Shown here piece after piece: positions 1 through 9,256 of a DNA stretch of 64,000 bases. The stretch is from Acholeplasmatales bacterium. Lineage in GTDB: Bacteria > Bacillota_I > Bacilli_A > Acholeplasmatales > Anaeroplasmataceae. The notes under the pieces are model-generated. The model did no database searches. It worked only from the letters and a program-made list of their open reading frames with translations, and was not told the origin of the DNA. The position numbers and the translations under genes are program-made. The stretch spans positions 9,176 to 73,175 of the forward strand of contig JAILEP010000043.1 in assembly GCA_024697825.1 (NCBI GenBank), read 5' to 3'. Each line of letters starts with the position of its first letter. Within the stretch, counting starts at the first letter, position 1.

Positions 1-1135
1 TCCTAATGAAAGATCTAAGGATTCTAAGATTAATCCTAAGGATGTAATTGAATCTAAGAAGACTATTGTTAGATTAATTAAGAGCTATAAGGTTGAAATC
101 ATTGCGATAGGTAATGGTACTGCAGGAAGAGAAACAGAAGCCTTTATCGCTGAGGTTATTAAGGAAAATAATTTAAATGCTAAATATGTAATGGTAAGTG
201 AGGCTGGCGCCTCTGTATATTCTGCAAGTGAGCTTGCCATAGAGGAATTCCCTGATTTAACAGTTGAAAAGAGAAGTGCTATTTCAATTGGTAGAAGAAT
301 TCAGGACCCACTTTCAGAGCTTGTAAAGATTGATCCTAAATCAATTGGTGTTGGTCAGTACCAGCATGATGTAACTCAGTCTAAGCTTTCTAAGAGCCTA
401 GATGAGGTTGTTGAGGACGCTGTTAATAAGGTTGGTGTTAATTTAAATACTGCATCAGTATCATTATTATCTTATGTATCAGGCTTATCGAAGACTATTT
501 CTAAGAATATTATTCAGTACCGTGAGGAAAATGGTTTATTTAAATCACGTGAGGATTTAAAGAAGGTATCAAAGCTTGGTCCTAAGACTTATGAGCAGTG
601 TGTAGGATTCTTACGTATTTTAGATGGTAAGAATAAGCTAGATATGACTCCAATTCATCCAGAAAGCTATGATAAGGCCTTAAAGATTTTAAAGAAGATG
701 GGCTTAAGCGCTGATGATTTAGGTAGTGAAGAAATCAAGGCAAAGGTAGCTGAGCTTGATAAGATGGCACTATCTAAGGAATTAGATATTGATATGTATA
801 CCTTAAATGATATCCTAGATGCCTTTATTGCCCCACTAAGAGATATAAGAGATGATTATGATGGTCTAATCCTAAGAAGTGATATTATGCATTTTGAGGA
901 TATTAAGGTTGGCGATGAGCTAGATGGTGTTGTAAGAAACGTAGTAGATTTCGGTGCCTTCGTTGATTGTGGTGTTAAATATGATGGTTTAATTCATATT
1001 TCGAAGATGAGTAATAAGAAGATTAATCACCCAACAGAGGTATTATCAGTTGGTGATAATGTTCATGTTTATGTTATCGATATTGACTACACTAAGCACA
1101 AGATGGGCTTATCATTAGTTAAAGGCAAGATGTAA
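1..1135 (+). CDS. tex: Tex-like RNA-binding transcriptional accessory protein (5' end outside window)
   Basis: Frame open from position 2 (…IIAIGNGTAGRETE…MVSEAGASVYSAS). RRIQDPLSELVKIDPKSIGVGQYQHDV signature, HhH region, C-terminal S1 domain (VRNVVDFGAFVDCG). Confidence 0.95.
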   Translation, partial: PNERSKDSKINPKDVIESKKTIVRLIKSYKVEIIAIGNGTAGRETEAFIAEVIKENNLNAKYVMVSEAGASVYSASELAIEEFPDLTVEKRSAISIGRRIQDPLSELVKIDPKSIGVGQYQHDVTQSKLSKSLDEVVEDAVNKVGVNLNTASVSLLSYVSGLSKTISKNIIQYREENGLFKSREDLKKVSKLGPKTYEQCVGFLRILDGKNKLDMTPIHPESYDKALKILKKMGLSADDLGSEEIKAKVAELDKMALSKELDIDMYTLNDILDAFIAPLRDIRDDYDGLILRSDIMHFEDIKVGDELDGVVRNVVDFGAFVDCGVKYDGLIHISKMSNKKINHPTEVLSVGDNVHVYVIDIDYTKHKMGLSLVKGKM

Positions 1136-1157
1136 ATTAATTATATAATAATTAAAA

Positions 1158-1187
1158 CCCTGTATTTTGACCGATACAGGGCTTTTT
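1158..1187 (+). terminator. Intrinsic terminator of tex
   Basis: ccctgtat-tttgaccg-atacaggg followed by ctttttc. Confidence 0.75.
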
Positions 1188-1229
1188 CTATATAGACGAT
1201 TAATTAATCAATTAAATAAGAATATAAAG

Positions 1230-1255
1230 AAAAAGAGGCAAAATTTGCCTCTTTT
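1230..1255 (-). terminator. Intrinsic terminator of the lipoprotein pair
   Basis: aaaagaggca-aaatt-tgcctctttt hairpin with A/T tracts, just past the stop at 1263. Confidence 0.75.
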
Positions 1256-1262
1256 AGCTTTT

Positions 1263-4200
1263 TTACTTCATGTCTGGTCTCTTCCAAGTAGAGAAGTTTG
1301 CTTCATCTACCCAAGATGCATAATCAGATTCATCATCATAGCCAATTACTAGCTGTGCATAATAATTCTTTTCTGCAGAAATAATTGAAGAATCAACAGT
1401 AGTATCATTAATCTGAATATTTAAATAAGTGATTAATAGATAGTTCTGGAAGTTAGCAGAAGTGTATGTAGAAATAATATCTGAATACATGCTGCTAATT
1501 AATGTTGAAATAGAAGAGTCAAGTGAAGATGACTGACCCATCTTTGTCTGACAGTAGTAAATGAAGAACTGGTTGAATGAAATTTCATCAGTTGCAGTAT
1601 TATAAGAATCCATAGTGATATAGATATTGTTATCATCGTCCTCTGAATCCTCGTAAACTAATACATCAATATTAGCCTGAACACTAGAAGGGTCATCACT
1701 TTCAGTGAAGTCTGTAGCCTCTGGTTCAGAATAGCTATTTAATACGATTAAATGGTAACCGAATGATGTCTTACATAAATTGCTTGCTGTAATATCATCA
1801 ACACTAGAAACTACTTTACCAGTTTCTGTACCATCATCAGCCTTGTTATATACATAGAATGTACCATATTCGAATTCGTCATCGACATTGTTTGCAACAC
1901 AAGTTTCATACATACCGATAACATAATCCTTGAATGGCTCAACGAAGCTTGATACTGAATCCTGGTCAATGTCAGAAGATGATGCAAGCTGTTCAACTGT
2001 TAATAAGAAGTTGAATGTCTTATAATCATCCCAAGACTTTGTAGAATCTGAGAATAATTTTTCACCTAAATCATACTGGTCCTTGATATATGTAAGGATT
2101 TCATATGTAGTCTTAGTTGATGCATAATTAGCTCTAATATATTCAGCCTCTGTATAAATAGCCTTAGCTAAAGCCTCTACAGCTGCCTCATATTCAGCCT
2201 CAGTAACTGTATCATTATTCTTTAAGAAATCATCTGGATCATCTGGAGAGCCATCACCATCATCATCAATGTTGATTAGGATGTGGTCAATGTTAATATT
2301 GAATAAATCTGCGTACTTTTCATTACCAAGAGTAAGCATACTATATAATGCACCAGAAGTTGCTAAAGAAGAATCATAAGTATAAGTACCATCACCATCT
2401 TCATCAACTGCCCATTCGCTAAATACAGACTGTGCTAAATAAGTAGTCTGAGCTGCAGCTGCATCATAATAATACTTTAATACCTCTTCCTTAGTTGAAT
2501 AGCCATAAGCTAATAATAAGAAATTAGATACACCAAGCTTCTTTGAATAAGATGAATTATCACCGCTCTTGAAGTTATCAATTGCATCAGATAATGTATC
2601 CTCATTATCATCATGAGCATCCTCATCAATGTAATTTAATGTAACATATTCATCATACTTAGTATATGCATATTCTAATGAGAAGTAGCTATAAATTGTA
2701 GAAGAACCATTTGCAAGAGTTGCATCATTATAGAAATCCTCTACAGAATAAGTATATGTATAATCATCGCTAACCTTAATAGAGAAGATAGCTGAATTAT
2801 CAAAATACTTCTTATTAATTAATTCATATTCAGAATAAGAATTCTGGAACTTATATTCGAAGAATGGATCATAGATATAAATATCATCTGATGTATCATC
2901 GTTATTAGAACGAGTATAAATCATTTCATTGAAATCAGTATTTACATATGAATTTCTAGAACTCATTAATGTATCATACTTAATTCTTGTAGTATAAGTG
3001 GCATATAAATCAGGATTAGATTCCTCTAAATCATCCCAATCAGTTTCTTCATTTGTTCCACTGATATCAAATGTAGTATCAAAACGAATAGCCATAACGT
3101 ACTTATTGTCGATATTTCTAGGCTCTGTTAAATACTGCTTAGTAATATCCCAATCAGCTTCGTTATCAACGTTTTCTTCAAGAGTTGAAGTAACTAAAGT
3201 CTTAATTGAATCAGATAAATCACTGAATTCATTTTCATCCTTGCTGACAGTATATGTAAATACATCATTTGTCTTAGCTGTAGTTGCATCAACTGCTTTA
3301 TACTGATAATAATCATTATATAAGCTTACATAAGCAGCGATAGCCTCATCAATTGAAGTAGCAGACTCAAGCTGTGTAGCATAAGCATTGTAATATCTGT
3401 TTGCAATCTTTAAAGAATCAAACTGAATAATGATTGCATGGTAAGTACCATATGTCTTATAAGTTGAATCATAAGCTGTTTCTAAGTAATCTCCATCCTC
3501 ATCATAGATATAGTTAGAGTTCTTAGTTAAATCATCATCCTCATCGTCATCATAATTGTGGATGTATTCCTCATCTGCGATATCATATAAAGCATTCTGA
3601 GCTGATAAATAGCTTGCCTGAGTAAGTAATACATCATCAACCATCTTTTCAAAAACATCTGAATCGATATTCTTAATTACAACAGTATGTAGATTATCAC
3701 TTGATTCCTCATAAGCTAAATCAGAAATTGTGAATGTCTGACCAATTCTAGCACGAGCAGTAATAAATGTTTTCTGCTTTGTTAAAATTTCATCAGATTC
3801 ATAATCATCTAGTGTTTCATAATCAGATGTACCATAAATAGAAGTTGAAACAGAAGACATAACAGTCTTTCTTAATTCATTTCTAATATAGTCATAGTTT
3901 GTTACAGTAGAATCATCGCTTAAATCATGACCACCTAGCTCAAATAAAGCAACTCCATCCTTTGTAGGAACAAGCATTGCCTGCTGAGCTGAAGTAAGAT
4001 TTGTGTAGTCTGCATTTTCAAATACAGCCTTATAAGTTTGATATTCTTCATAATATAATGCTTCCTTAATCTTATTAGTAACTAAGGTAGTACTATTAAA
4101 ACGAAGTCTATTGTAGTACATTTCTGTACTCATAGATAGCTCTCCGTCTAATGCAGTTGCATAGACAGAGGACATATCTAAATTACCTGTTGGAGTATCT

Positions 4201-4289
4201 GTGTTTCTTGTGTTACTTCCACAAGATGCTAAAGTTAATGCTGTTAAAGCAGTAAGAGTAGCGCCTAATAAAACTTTTTTAATCTTCAT
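1263..4289 (-). CDS. Large acidic lipoprotein with PrsA/parvulin-like foldase modules (lipoprotein A, about 1008 aa)
   Basis: Start moved to ATG 4289 (RBS aaggagag). MKIKK…LTLASC signal peptide/lipobox. Parvulin-like NIDHILINI and KTSFGYHLIVL. DxDxDG loops. Very D/E/Y/T/S-rich. Confidence 0.7.
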   Translation of the reverse strand: MKIKKVLLGATLTALTALTLASCGSNTRNTDTPTGNLDMSSVYATALDGELSMSTEMYYNRLRFNSTTLVTNKIKEALYYEEYQTYKAVFENADYTNLTSAQQAMLVPTKDGVALFELGGHDLSDDSTVTNYDYIRNELRKTVMSSVSTSIYGTSDYETLDDYESDEILTKQKTFITARARIGQTFTISDLAYEESSDNLHTVVIKNIDSDVFEKMVDDVLLTQASYLSAQNALYDIADEEYIHNYDDDEDDDLTKNSNYIYDEDGDYLETAYDSTYKTYGTYHAIIIQFDSLKIANRYYNAYATQLESATSIDEAIAAYVSLYNDYYQYKAVDATTAKTNDVFTYTVSKDENEFSDLSDSIKTLVTSTLEENVDNEADWDITKQYLTEPRNIDNKYVMAIRFDTTFDISGTNEETDWDDLEESNPDLYATYTTRIKYDTLMSSRNSYVNTDFNEMIYTRSNNDDTSDDIYIYDPFFEYKFQNSYSEYELINKKYFDNSAIFSIKVSDDYTYTYSVEDFYNDATLANGSSTIYSYFSLEYAYTKYDEYVTLNYIDEDAHDDNEDTLSDAIDNFKSGDNSSYSKKLGVSNFLLLAYGYSTKEEVLKYYYDAAAAQTTYLAQSVFSEWAVDEDGDGTYTYDSSLATSGALYSMLTLGNEKYADLFNINIDHILINIDDDGDGSPDDPDDFLKNNDTVTEAEYEAAVEALAKAIYTEAEYIRANYASTKTTYEILTYIKDQYDLGEKLFSDSTKSWDDYKTFNFLLTVEQLASSSDIDQDSVSSFVEPFKDYVIGMYETCVANNVDDEFEYGTFYVYNKADDGTETGKVVSSVDDITASNLCKTSFGYHLIVLNSYSEPEATDFTESDDPSSVQANIDVLVYEDSEDDDNNIYITMDSYNTATDEISFNQFFIYYCQTKMGQSSSLDSSISTLISSMYSDIISTYTSANFQNYLLITYLNIQINDTTVDSSIISAEKNYYAQLVIGYDDESDYASWVDEANFSTWKRPDMK

Positions 4290-4290
4290 A

Positions 4291-7200
4291 TTATTCGCTC
4301 TCCTTTTCATCATCATTTAATAAGAATTCATCAACGATCTGTGCGATCTTTGCCCACCAGTCAACAGTATTACCGTTGTCATCAACATAAGTATAAGGAT
4401 CAGATGTACCAGTGATGTCATCGTAAATATCATTGTAATTATCAGCAATTCTCTGGTTGATTTCAATAATCTTAGCGAATGCACCATCTGCACCATTGTA
4501 ATCCTCATTTGCAAACTTGATTACATCATATAATGCTGTAGAAGAATCTAGGCCAGCTCTATTTCTAATAAAGCTTAATAAGATAATTCTCTGAGTTTCA
4601 CTACCTGTAAATCTTGATACAGCGTCTGCTAAGAATGCTGTATAAGCATCAGATAATGATGAAGGAGCTAATGTTGAAGAACCATTTAAAGCATAATCAA
4701 TGATATAAAGCTTAATCTGGTTTTCATTTAACTGATCTTCACTATTGTAAATATTATCAATTACAACATCGCCATCATTATACTTGAAGTAGATGTTTTC
4801 TAAAATGTTCTCATCATGATCATCCTCAGTCCATTCAGCAGAAGCCTTAGTAGTACCTGAAGTGATTACTAATAAATTGTATCCATCGTCAGACTTAACG
4901 ATATCAGTATTGTTTGCGTCAGTGTCAACTGAAGAATCAGTTAATACTTCCATATAGCTTGTAGGAGTAGTTTCGTTAATGAAATACTGATAAATCTTAG
5001 TCTTAGTTACACCATCATCAGCTAAGCTATAGCCACGAGCGTAATCATAAATTCTCTGCTTAATATTGAAATCAATATCAACAGTTGAGTTTGTAGCTGA
5101 AACATCCTCAGTCTTTACATTGAAACCTAAATGTAAGTACTTAGCCCATCTGTTTTCTGCAACGATTGGGTTAGTTTCGAATTCTGCCTTTGCAGAACCC
5201 TGGATTTCAGTAACTAATGCAGAAATTCTATCTGTATGAGAAGAAGTTGATGCTGCAACTAGCTTATAAATATCATAAACCATTGACTTAGCAACCTCTG
5301 CTCTAGTCTTACCATAGAATTCACTATTAGTATCTGTAATTGTTACATCATACCAATCTTCAACATCATCAGCCTCACCATCATCGTTACCATCGAAGTA
5401 AACAACTAATCTAGTACCTGATAAAGAGAAGTAGTTTTCATAAGCTAAATCAGAATATGTCTTGAAGAAGCTTACTAAATCATCGCTTGAATAATCTGTT
5501 AATAAATTAACTGATGCATAATTAACACGGTAATAATTATCAATAATCTCAGAAATCTTTGATGTATGGAAATATAACATTAAGAAGTTATACTTACCAA
5601 TTGATGAATCATAACCACTTGAAGCATAGCTACCATTAGAGAATGAATATAGAATTGCTTCAATATAATCCTCATAATCGCTTCTATCCTTATTTGTATC
5701 CTTATATGCCTGAGTAGTCTTAATAATCTTCTTAGATAATAAATCTACTGCAGTAGTAGAGCCTGAAGTCTGCTCTAGGTAATCATAAACACCAAATACT
5801 GTATCAGTACCAGGAATCTTAATTGCCTTAGAATCAGTGATGCCCTCACCAGAAATTAATAGCTTATAAGTTGTACCATCATACTTGATAGTAGCTAAAA
5901 CATTGTTATCACTTGAGCTCTTTAAAGTCTTAGAATAATCAGAATTTGCAGTTAGGTATGCAATTTCACATGCCTCATTGTAAATTTTAACCTTTACATC
6001 ATCTAGCTCTTCAGATAAATAATCAGAAATAACTGAATCAGTAATTCTTTCTTCAATTAGATTTCTTTCTAGATAATCCTTTAAATTGTTTTCAGTAATA
6101 TAGCTTAAAATTTCATAATCAGATAAGTCTGAAGAATAGAAATCTAAATGCTTCTGTAATGTTTCATAATCATCACCATTGTCTTCAGCATTTAGCTTTT
6201 CCTCACCAAACTTGAATGCGATATAATAACCACCATTTACAGAAGTAGTAGAAGTTGAATATCTATCACTTGCAGTTTCATGGTCTAATGTAGAATAAAT
6301 TAATGTCTTTAATGAGTTACCAATATCATTTAATTCATCTGGAGAATACATTGTTCTTGTATCTGCATCCTCAGCAGTATAAGTAGTATCACTTAATGCT
6401 GCAACTGCAGTGTTATACTTTGTAGTTGCGTCAGAAGAATAATCCTCGATAACCTCATTTGTTAAGAATCTTAACTTATCTAGACCTAATTCAGTAACTT
6501 CCTTACCATCAACCTTGTATGGACCATTGCCAGTTACGAACTTAGTTCTATATCCACCATAAACATAATTATATATTAATGTATAAATTTCAAGTACTGC
6601 ATCATTATCTACTGTGTAAACATCATAGTCTGGTGTGTACTGAGTAGTAGATAGGTTATCATAATAATCAATATATTCATCATATGTATAACCCATGTTA
6701 TCAGCAATATAATATAATCTCTTGTTATAGAACTTTAAACCGAAGGCTCTTAAAGTGTTTTCGAATTCTTCAGTTGATGTAAACTTGATTAATACAGTGT
6801 CAACCTTCTGTAAATCTGTATATTCACTCTTAAACTGAGTGATATATTCAGATGTTGAGAAGTAACCCCACATATCGTCATCTTCATCATCATCGTCTTC
6901 GTTTGCCTCTTCAACCTCTTCAGTTTTTAAAGCTAAGGCCATTAACTCTTTTGCATAATTAAAGTAATAAACCTGTCTTAAAACGTCGTCTGTTGCGACA
7001 GAAAGATAATTGTCATAATTATCCTCAATGTCTATGTTATTAGCTGTTACTGCAACTAATTCAGCTAATTCCTTTTCACCAACCTTATCAACCTGATAAG
7101 TTGTGTACATTTCATCAATATACTTTTCCTCAAGTGTTCTTTGATTAGATTCGTCTAAAGACTCATAGTCCTCATAGTAATCTTCCATACTGAAGGAGAA

Positions 7201-7599
7201 GTTATATACATCCTGAACTACATAATCAACTAGTCTATCACTATATGTACTATATAGGTCCTTGTACTCTTCTTCAGTACTAATTCCTAGATCCTCCTTG
7301 TCATCATCAGATAGAGCACTATAATCATTATCCATTACATTGGTAAGATTATTAATGTACTTCTGAAGAATTACAACATTGATCTGATTGTCTAAAACAT
7401 CCTTACTTGACCACTGAAGTTCATCCCATAGCTCGCCAACAGTGATGTTGAAATCACTGCTACCAGCAGTAGCATAAACGTCATTCTTGTTAAGATTGCC
7501 ATAGGTGTTTGTTGCACCTGAGCAGGATGCTAAGCCTATCACGAACGCAGAAGCCATGGCTGCAGTGCATGTTCTACGTGCAAATTTACTCTTACTCAT
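4291..7599 (-). CDS. Large acidic lipoprotein, paralog of lipoprotein A, degenerate PrsA/parvulin-like (lipoprotein B, 1102 aa)
   Basis: MSKSK…VIGLASC lipobox. Colinear with lipoprotein A (YF.L/DGNDDG/KSDDGYNLLVI/SETQRIILLSF vs SANFQNYLLITY). RBS aaaggag upstream. Confidence 0.65.
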   Translation of the reverse strand: MSKSKFARRTCTAAMASAFVIGLASCSGATNTYGNLNKNDVYATAGSSDFNITVGELWDELQWSSKDVLDNQINVVILQKYINNLTNVMDNDYSALSDDDKEDLGISTEEEYKDLYSTYSDRLVDYVVQDVYNFSFSMEDYYEDYESLDESNQRTLEEKYIDEMYTTYQVDKVGEKELAELVAVTANNIDIEDNYDNYLSVATDDVLRQVYYFNYAKELMALALKTEEVEEANEDDDDEDDDMWGYFSTSEYITQFKSEYTDLQKVDTVLIKFTSTEEFENTLRAFGLKFYNKRLYYIADNMGYTYDEYIDYYDNLSTTQYTPDYDVYTVDNDAVLEIYTLIYNYVYGGYRTKFVTGNGPYKVDGKEVTELGLDKLRFLTNEVIEDYSSDATTKYNTAVAALSDTTYTAEDADTRTMYSPDELNDIGNSLKTLIYSTLDHETASDRYSTSTTSVNGGYYIAFKFGEEKLNAEDNGDDYETLQKHLDFYSSDLSDYEILSYITENNLKDYLERNLIEERITDSVISDYLSEELDDVKVKIYNEACEIAYLTANSDYSKTLKSSSDNNVLATIKYDGTTYKLLISGEGITDSKAIKIPGTDTVFGVYDYLEQTSGSTTAVDLLSKKIIKTTQAYKDTNKDRSDYEDYIEAILYSFSNGSYASSGYDSSIGKYNFLMLYFHTSKISEIIDNYYRVNYASVNLLTDYSSDDLVSFFKTYSDLAYENYFSLSGTRLVVYFDGNDDGEADDVEDWYDVTITDTNSEFYGKTRAEVAKSMVYDIYKLVAASTSSHTDRISALVTEIQGSAKAEFETNPIVAENRWAKYLHLGFNVKTEDVSATNSTVDIDFNIKQRIYDYARGYSLADDGVTKTKIYQYFINETTPTSYMEVLTDSSVDTDANNTDIVKSDDGYNLLVITSGTTKASAEWTEDDHDENILENIYFKYNDGDVVIDNIYNSEDQLNENQIKLYIIDYALNGSSTLAPSSLSDAYTAFLADAVSRFTGSETQRIILLSFIRNRAGLDSSTALYDVIKFANEDYNGADGAFAKIIEINQRIADNYNDIYDDITGTSDPYTYVDDNGNTVDWWAKIAQIVDEFLLNDDEKESE

Positions 7600-7728
7600 C
7601 GATAATACTCCTTTAATTTAAATTTATGCACATATTATCATAACATTATTAAATATAAAAAGCAAACAAAAACAAAATTTAAATTTATGGGAAATTTTGG
7701 ACGTTTTTTTGGTATGTTATATCTTTTA

Positions 7729-7737
7729 TGATATAAT
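7729..7737 (+). promoter_or_regulatory. Extended -10 promoter (TGn-TATAAT) for yycJ-rlmH
   Basis: tgaTATAAT, ending 19 nt before ATG 7757. Confidence 0.6.
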
Positions 7738-7756
7738 AGGAAATCGAGGTATAAAA

Positions 7757-8593
7757 ATGAAGTTAATGGTTTTTTCATCAGGGTCATCAGGAAACTGTAC
7801 TCTGATTATGACAGATAAAATGAATATATTAGTTGATGTTGGTATCACTAAAAAAGCAATAGATGAAAATTTAGCTAAGGTAGGCTTATCATTAAGAGAT
7901 ATTAGCTATGTTTTTATAACACATGAGCATACAGATCATATTAAAGCTTTACCACAGCTATTAAAGCTTGAAAGATTAAGATTTGTAACAAGCGCAGGTA
8001 CCCTAAATGCTATAAGCCATATTTATTCAGGTGCTAAGGGTAAGGAATTAGAAAATTTGGACAAAAAGGTAGCTAATGACGGCTTTATTATATTAAATAG
8101 GATAGAAGATACTATTATGTATCCAGATTTATCATTTGAGTCATTAGATGTAAAGGTATTGCCTTGTTTCCATGATGCTGCAGAGCCTATTGGATTTGTA
8201 TTTTGTGAAAACGGCAAAAGGATTTGCTATATAACAGATACAGGCTATGTCCATAGAGATTTATATGATTTGATTACAAATTGTGATGCATATATTCTTG
8301 AATCAAATCATGATCCTGAGCTTTTAATGGCATCATCTAGACCATATTATACAAAGCTTAGAATTGTAGGAGATCATGGTCATTTATCTAATGAGGATTC
8401 GATGTGTATTTTAGCAAGTGTAATAGGAGATAATACAAAGCTTATTATGCATGCTCACATTTCTCAGGAATGTAATTTGTCAATTATTATTGAGGGCGTA
8501 AGAAGAGACGTATTTAAAACATATGATATTGATAGACCTGATATTGAATATGTCATTTTAGGTCTTGTCGCTACAAAGGTATACGAGATATGA
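7757..8593 (+). CDS. yycJ: MBL-fold metallo-hydrolase, YycJ/WalJ family
   Basis: SSGSSGNC, THEHTDH, TDTG, ESNHD, GHLSN motifs. Adjacent to rlmH, as in Bacilli. Start moved to ATG 7757 behind gaggt. Confidence 0.85.
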   Translation: MKLMVFSSGSSGNCTLIMTDKMNILVDVGITKKAIDENLAKVGLSLRDISYVFITHEHTDHIKALPQLLKLERLRFVTSAGTLNAISHIYSGAKGKELENLDKKVANDGFIILNRIEDTIMYPDLSFESLDVKVLPCFHDAAEPIGFVFCENGKRICYITDTGYVHRDLYDLITNCDAYILESNHDPELLMASSRPYYTKLRIVGDHGHLSNEDSMCILASVIGDNTKLIMHAHISQECNLSIIIEGVRRDVFKTYDIDRPDIEYVILGLVATKVYEI

Positions 8594-9069
8594 AAATAAC
8601 TATTTTAAGTGTTGGCGCGATTAAAGAAAAATACTTTAATGACGCCATAAATGAATATTCTAAAAGACTTTCGAAATTCACTAAAGTTGATTTTATCAAA
8701 GTAAATGATGAGCCTATTCCTGATAACGCATCCCTTAAGGAAGAGGAGGCTATTAAGATTAAAGAAGGCGAAAAGCTATTAAAGGCTATGCCATCTAATT
8801 CTTATAAAATTGCCTTAGATTTAAAGGGTGAAATGCTTACTAGTGAGGGTCTTGCTAAAAAGATAAGTGAAATATTTACATATGGAAATTCAAATATAGT
8901 TTTTATTATTGGTGGTTCACTTGGGCTATCACCAGATGTGATTAAGGCCTGTGATTATAAATTATGCTTTTCTAAAATGACATTTCCACATAAGCTTATG
9001 CAGGTAATCCTACTTGAACAGGTATATCGAGCATTTAAAATCAATGCCAACGAGGCATATCACAAATAA
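8590..9069 (+). CDS. rlmH: 23S rRNA (pseudouridine1915-N3)-methyltransferase
   Basis: SPOUT motifs FIIGGSLGL, FSKMTFPHKLMQVILLEQVYRAFKI…YHK. ATGA overlap with the upstream gene. Confidence 0.97.
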   Translation: MKITILSVGAIKEKYFNDAINEYSKRLSKFTKVDFIKVNDEPIPDNASLKEEEAIKIKEGEKLLKAMPSNSYKIALDLKGEMLTSEGLAKKISEIFTYGNSNIVFIIGGSLGLSPDVIKACDYKLCFSKMTFPHKLMQVILLEQVYRAFKINANEAYHK

Positions 9070-9090
9070 ACCGGTACACAACCGGTTTTT
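9068..9090 (+). terminator. Intrinsic terminator of yycJ-rlmH
   Basis: aaaccggt-acaca-accggttttt. Confidence 0.75.
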
Positions 9091-9171
9091 CTGTTTTCTA
9101 GAGGTAAAAATGAAAAAGATTTCAAAATTCATATTATTTATAAAATAATAATGCTTAAATTTAGAATTAAA

Positions 9172-9200
9172 TTGACTATCATTTTGATAAGTGTTAAAAT
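9172..9200 (+). promoter_or_regulatory. Sigma-A promoter of uxaBAC
   Basis: TTGACT-17 bp-TAAAAT with TGn extension. Confidence 0.7.
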
Positions 9201-9256
9201 TACAATATAAATTTGTGCACCTAAGACGAAAGGCGCGTTAATGGAGGTAAAATAAA

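Noticed and set aside
1167-1352. 61-aa ORF on the + strand
   Set aside because: Spans two terminators and lies antisense to the end of lipoprotein A; no RBS or family features.
1811-4514. Short ORFs 1811-1996, 2998-3306 and 4317-4514
   Set aside because: Alternative-frame or antisense shadows inside the large lipoprotein genes.
7615-7689. 14-bp direct repeat aatttaaatttatg (7615, 7676) in the divergent promoter region
   Set aside because: Almost all A/T, so likely chance in this genome; no supporting context.
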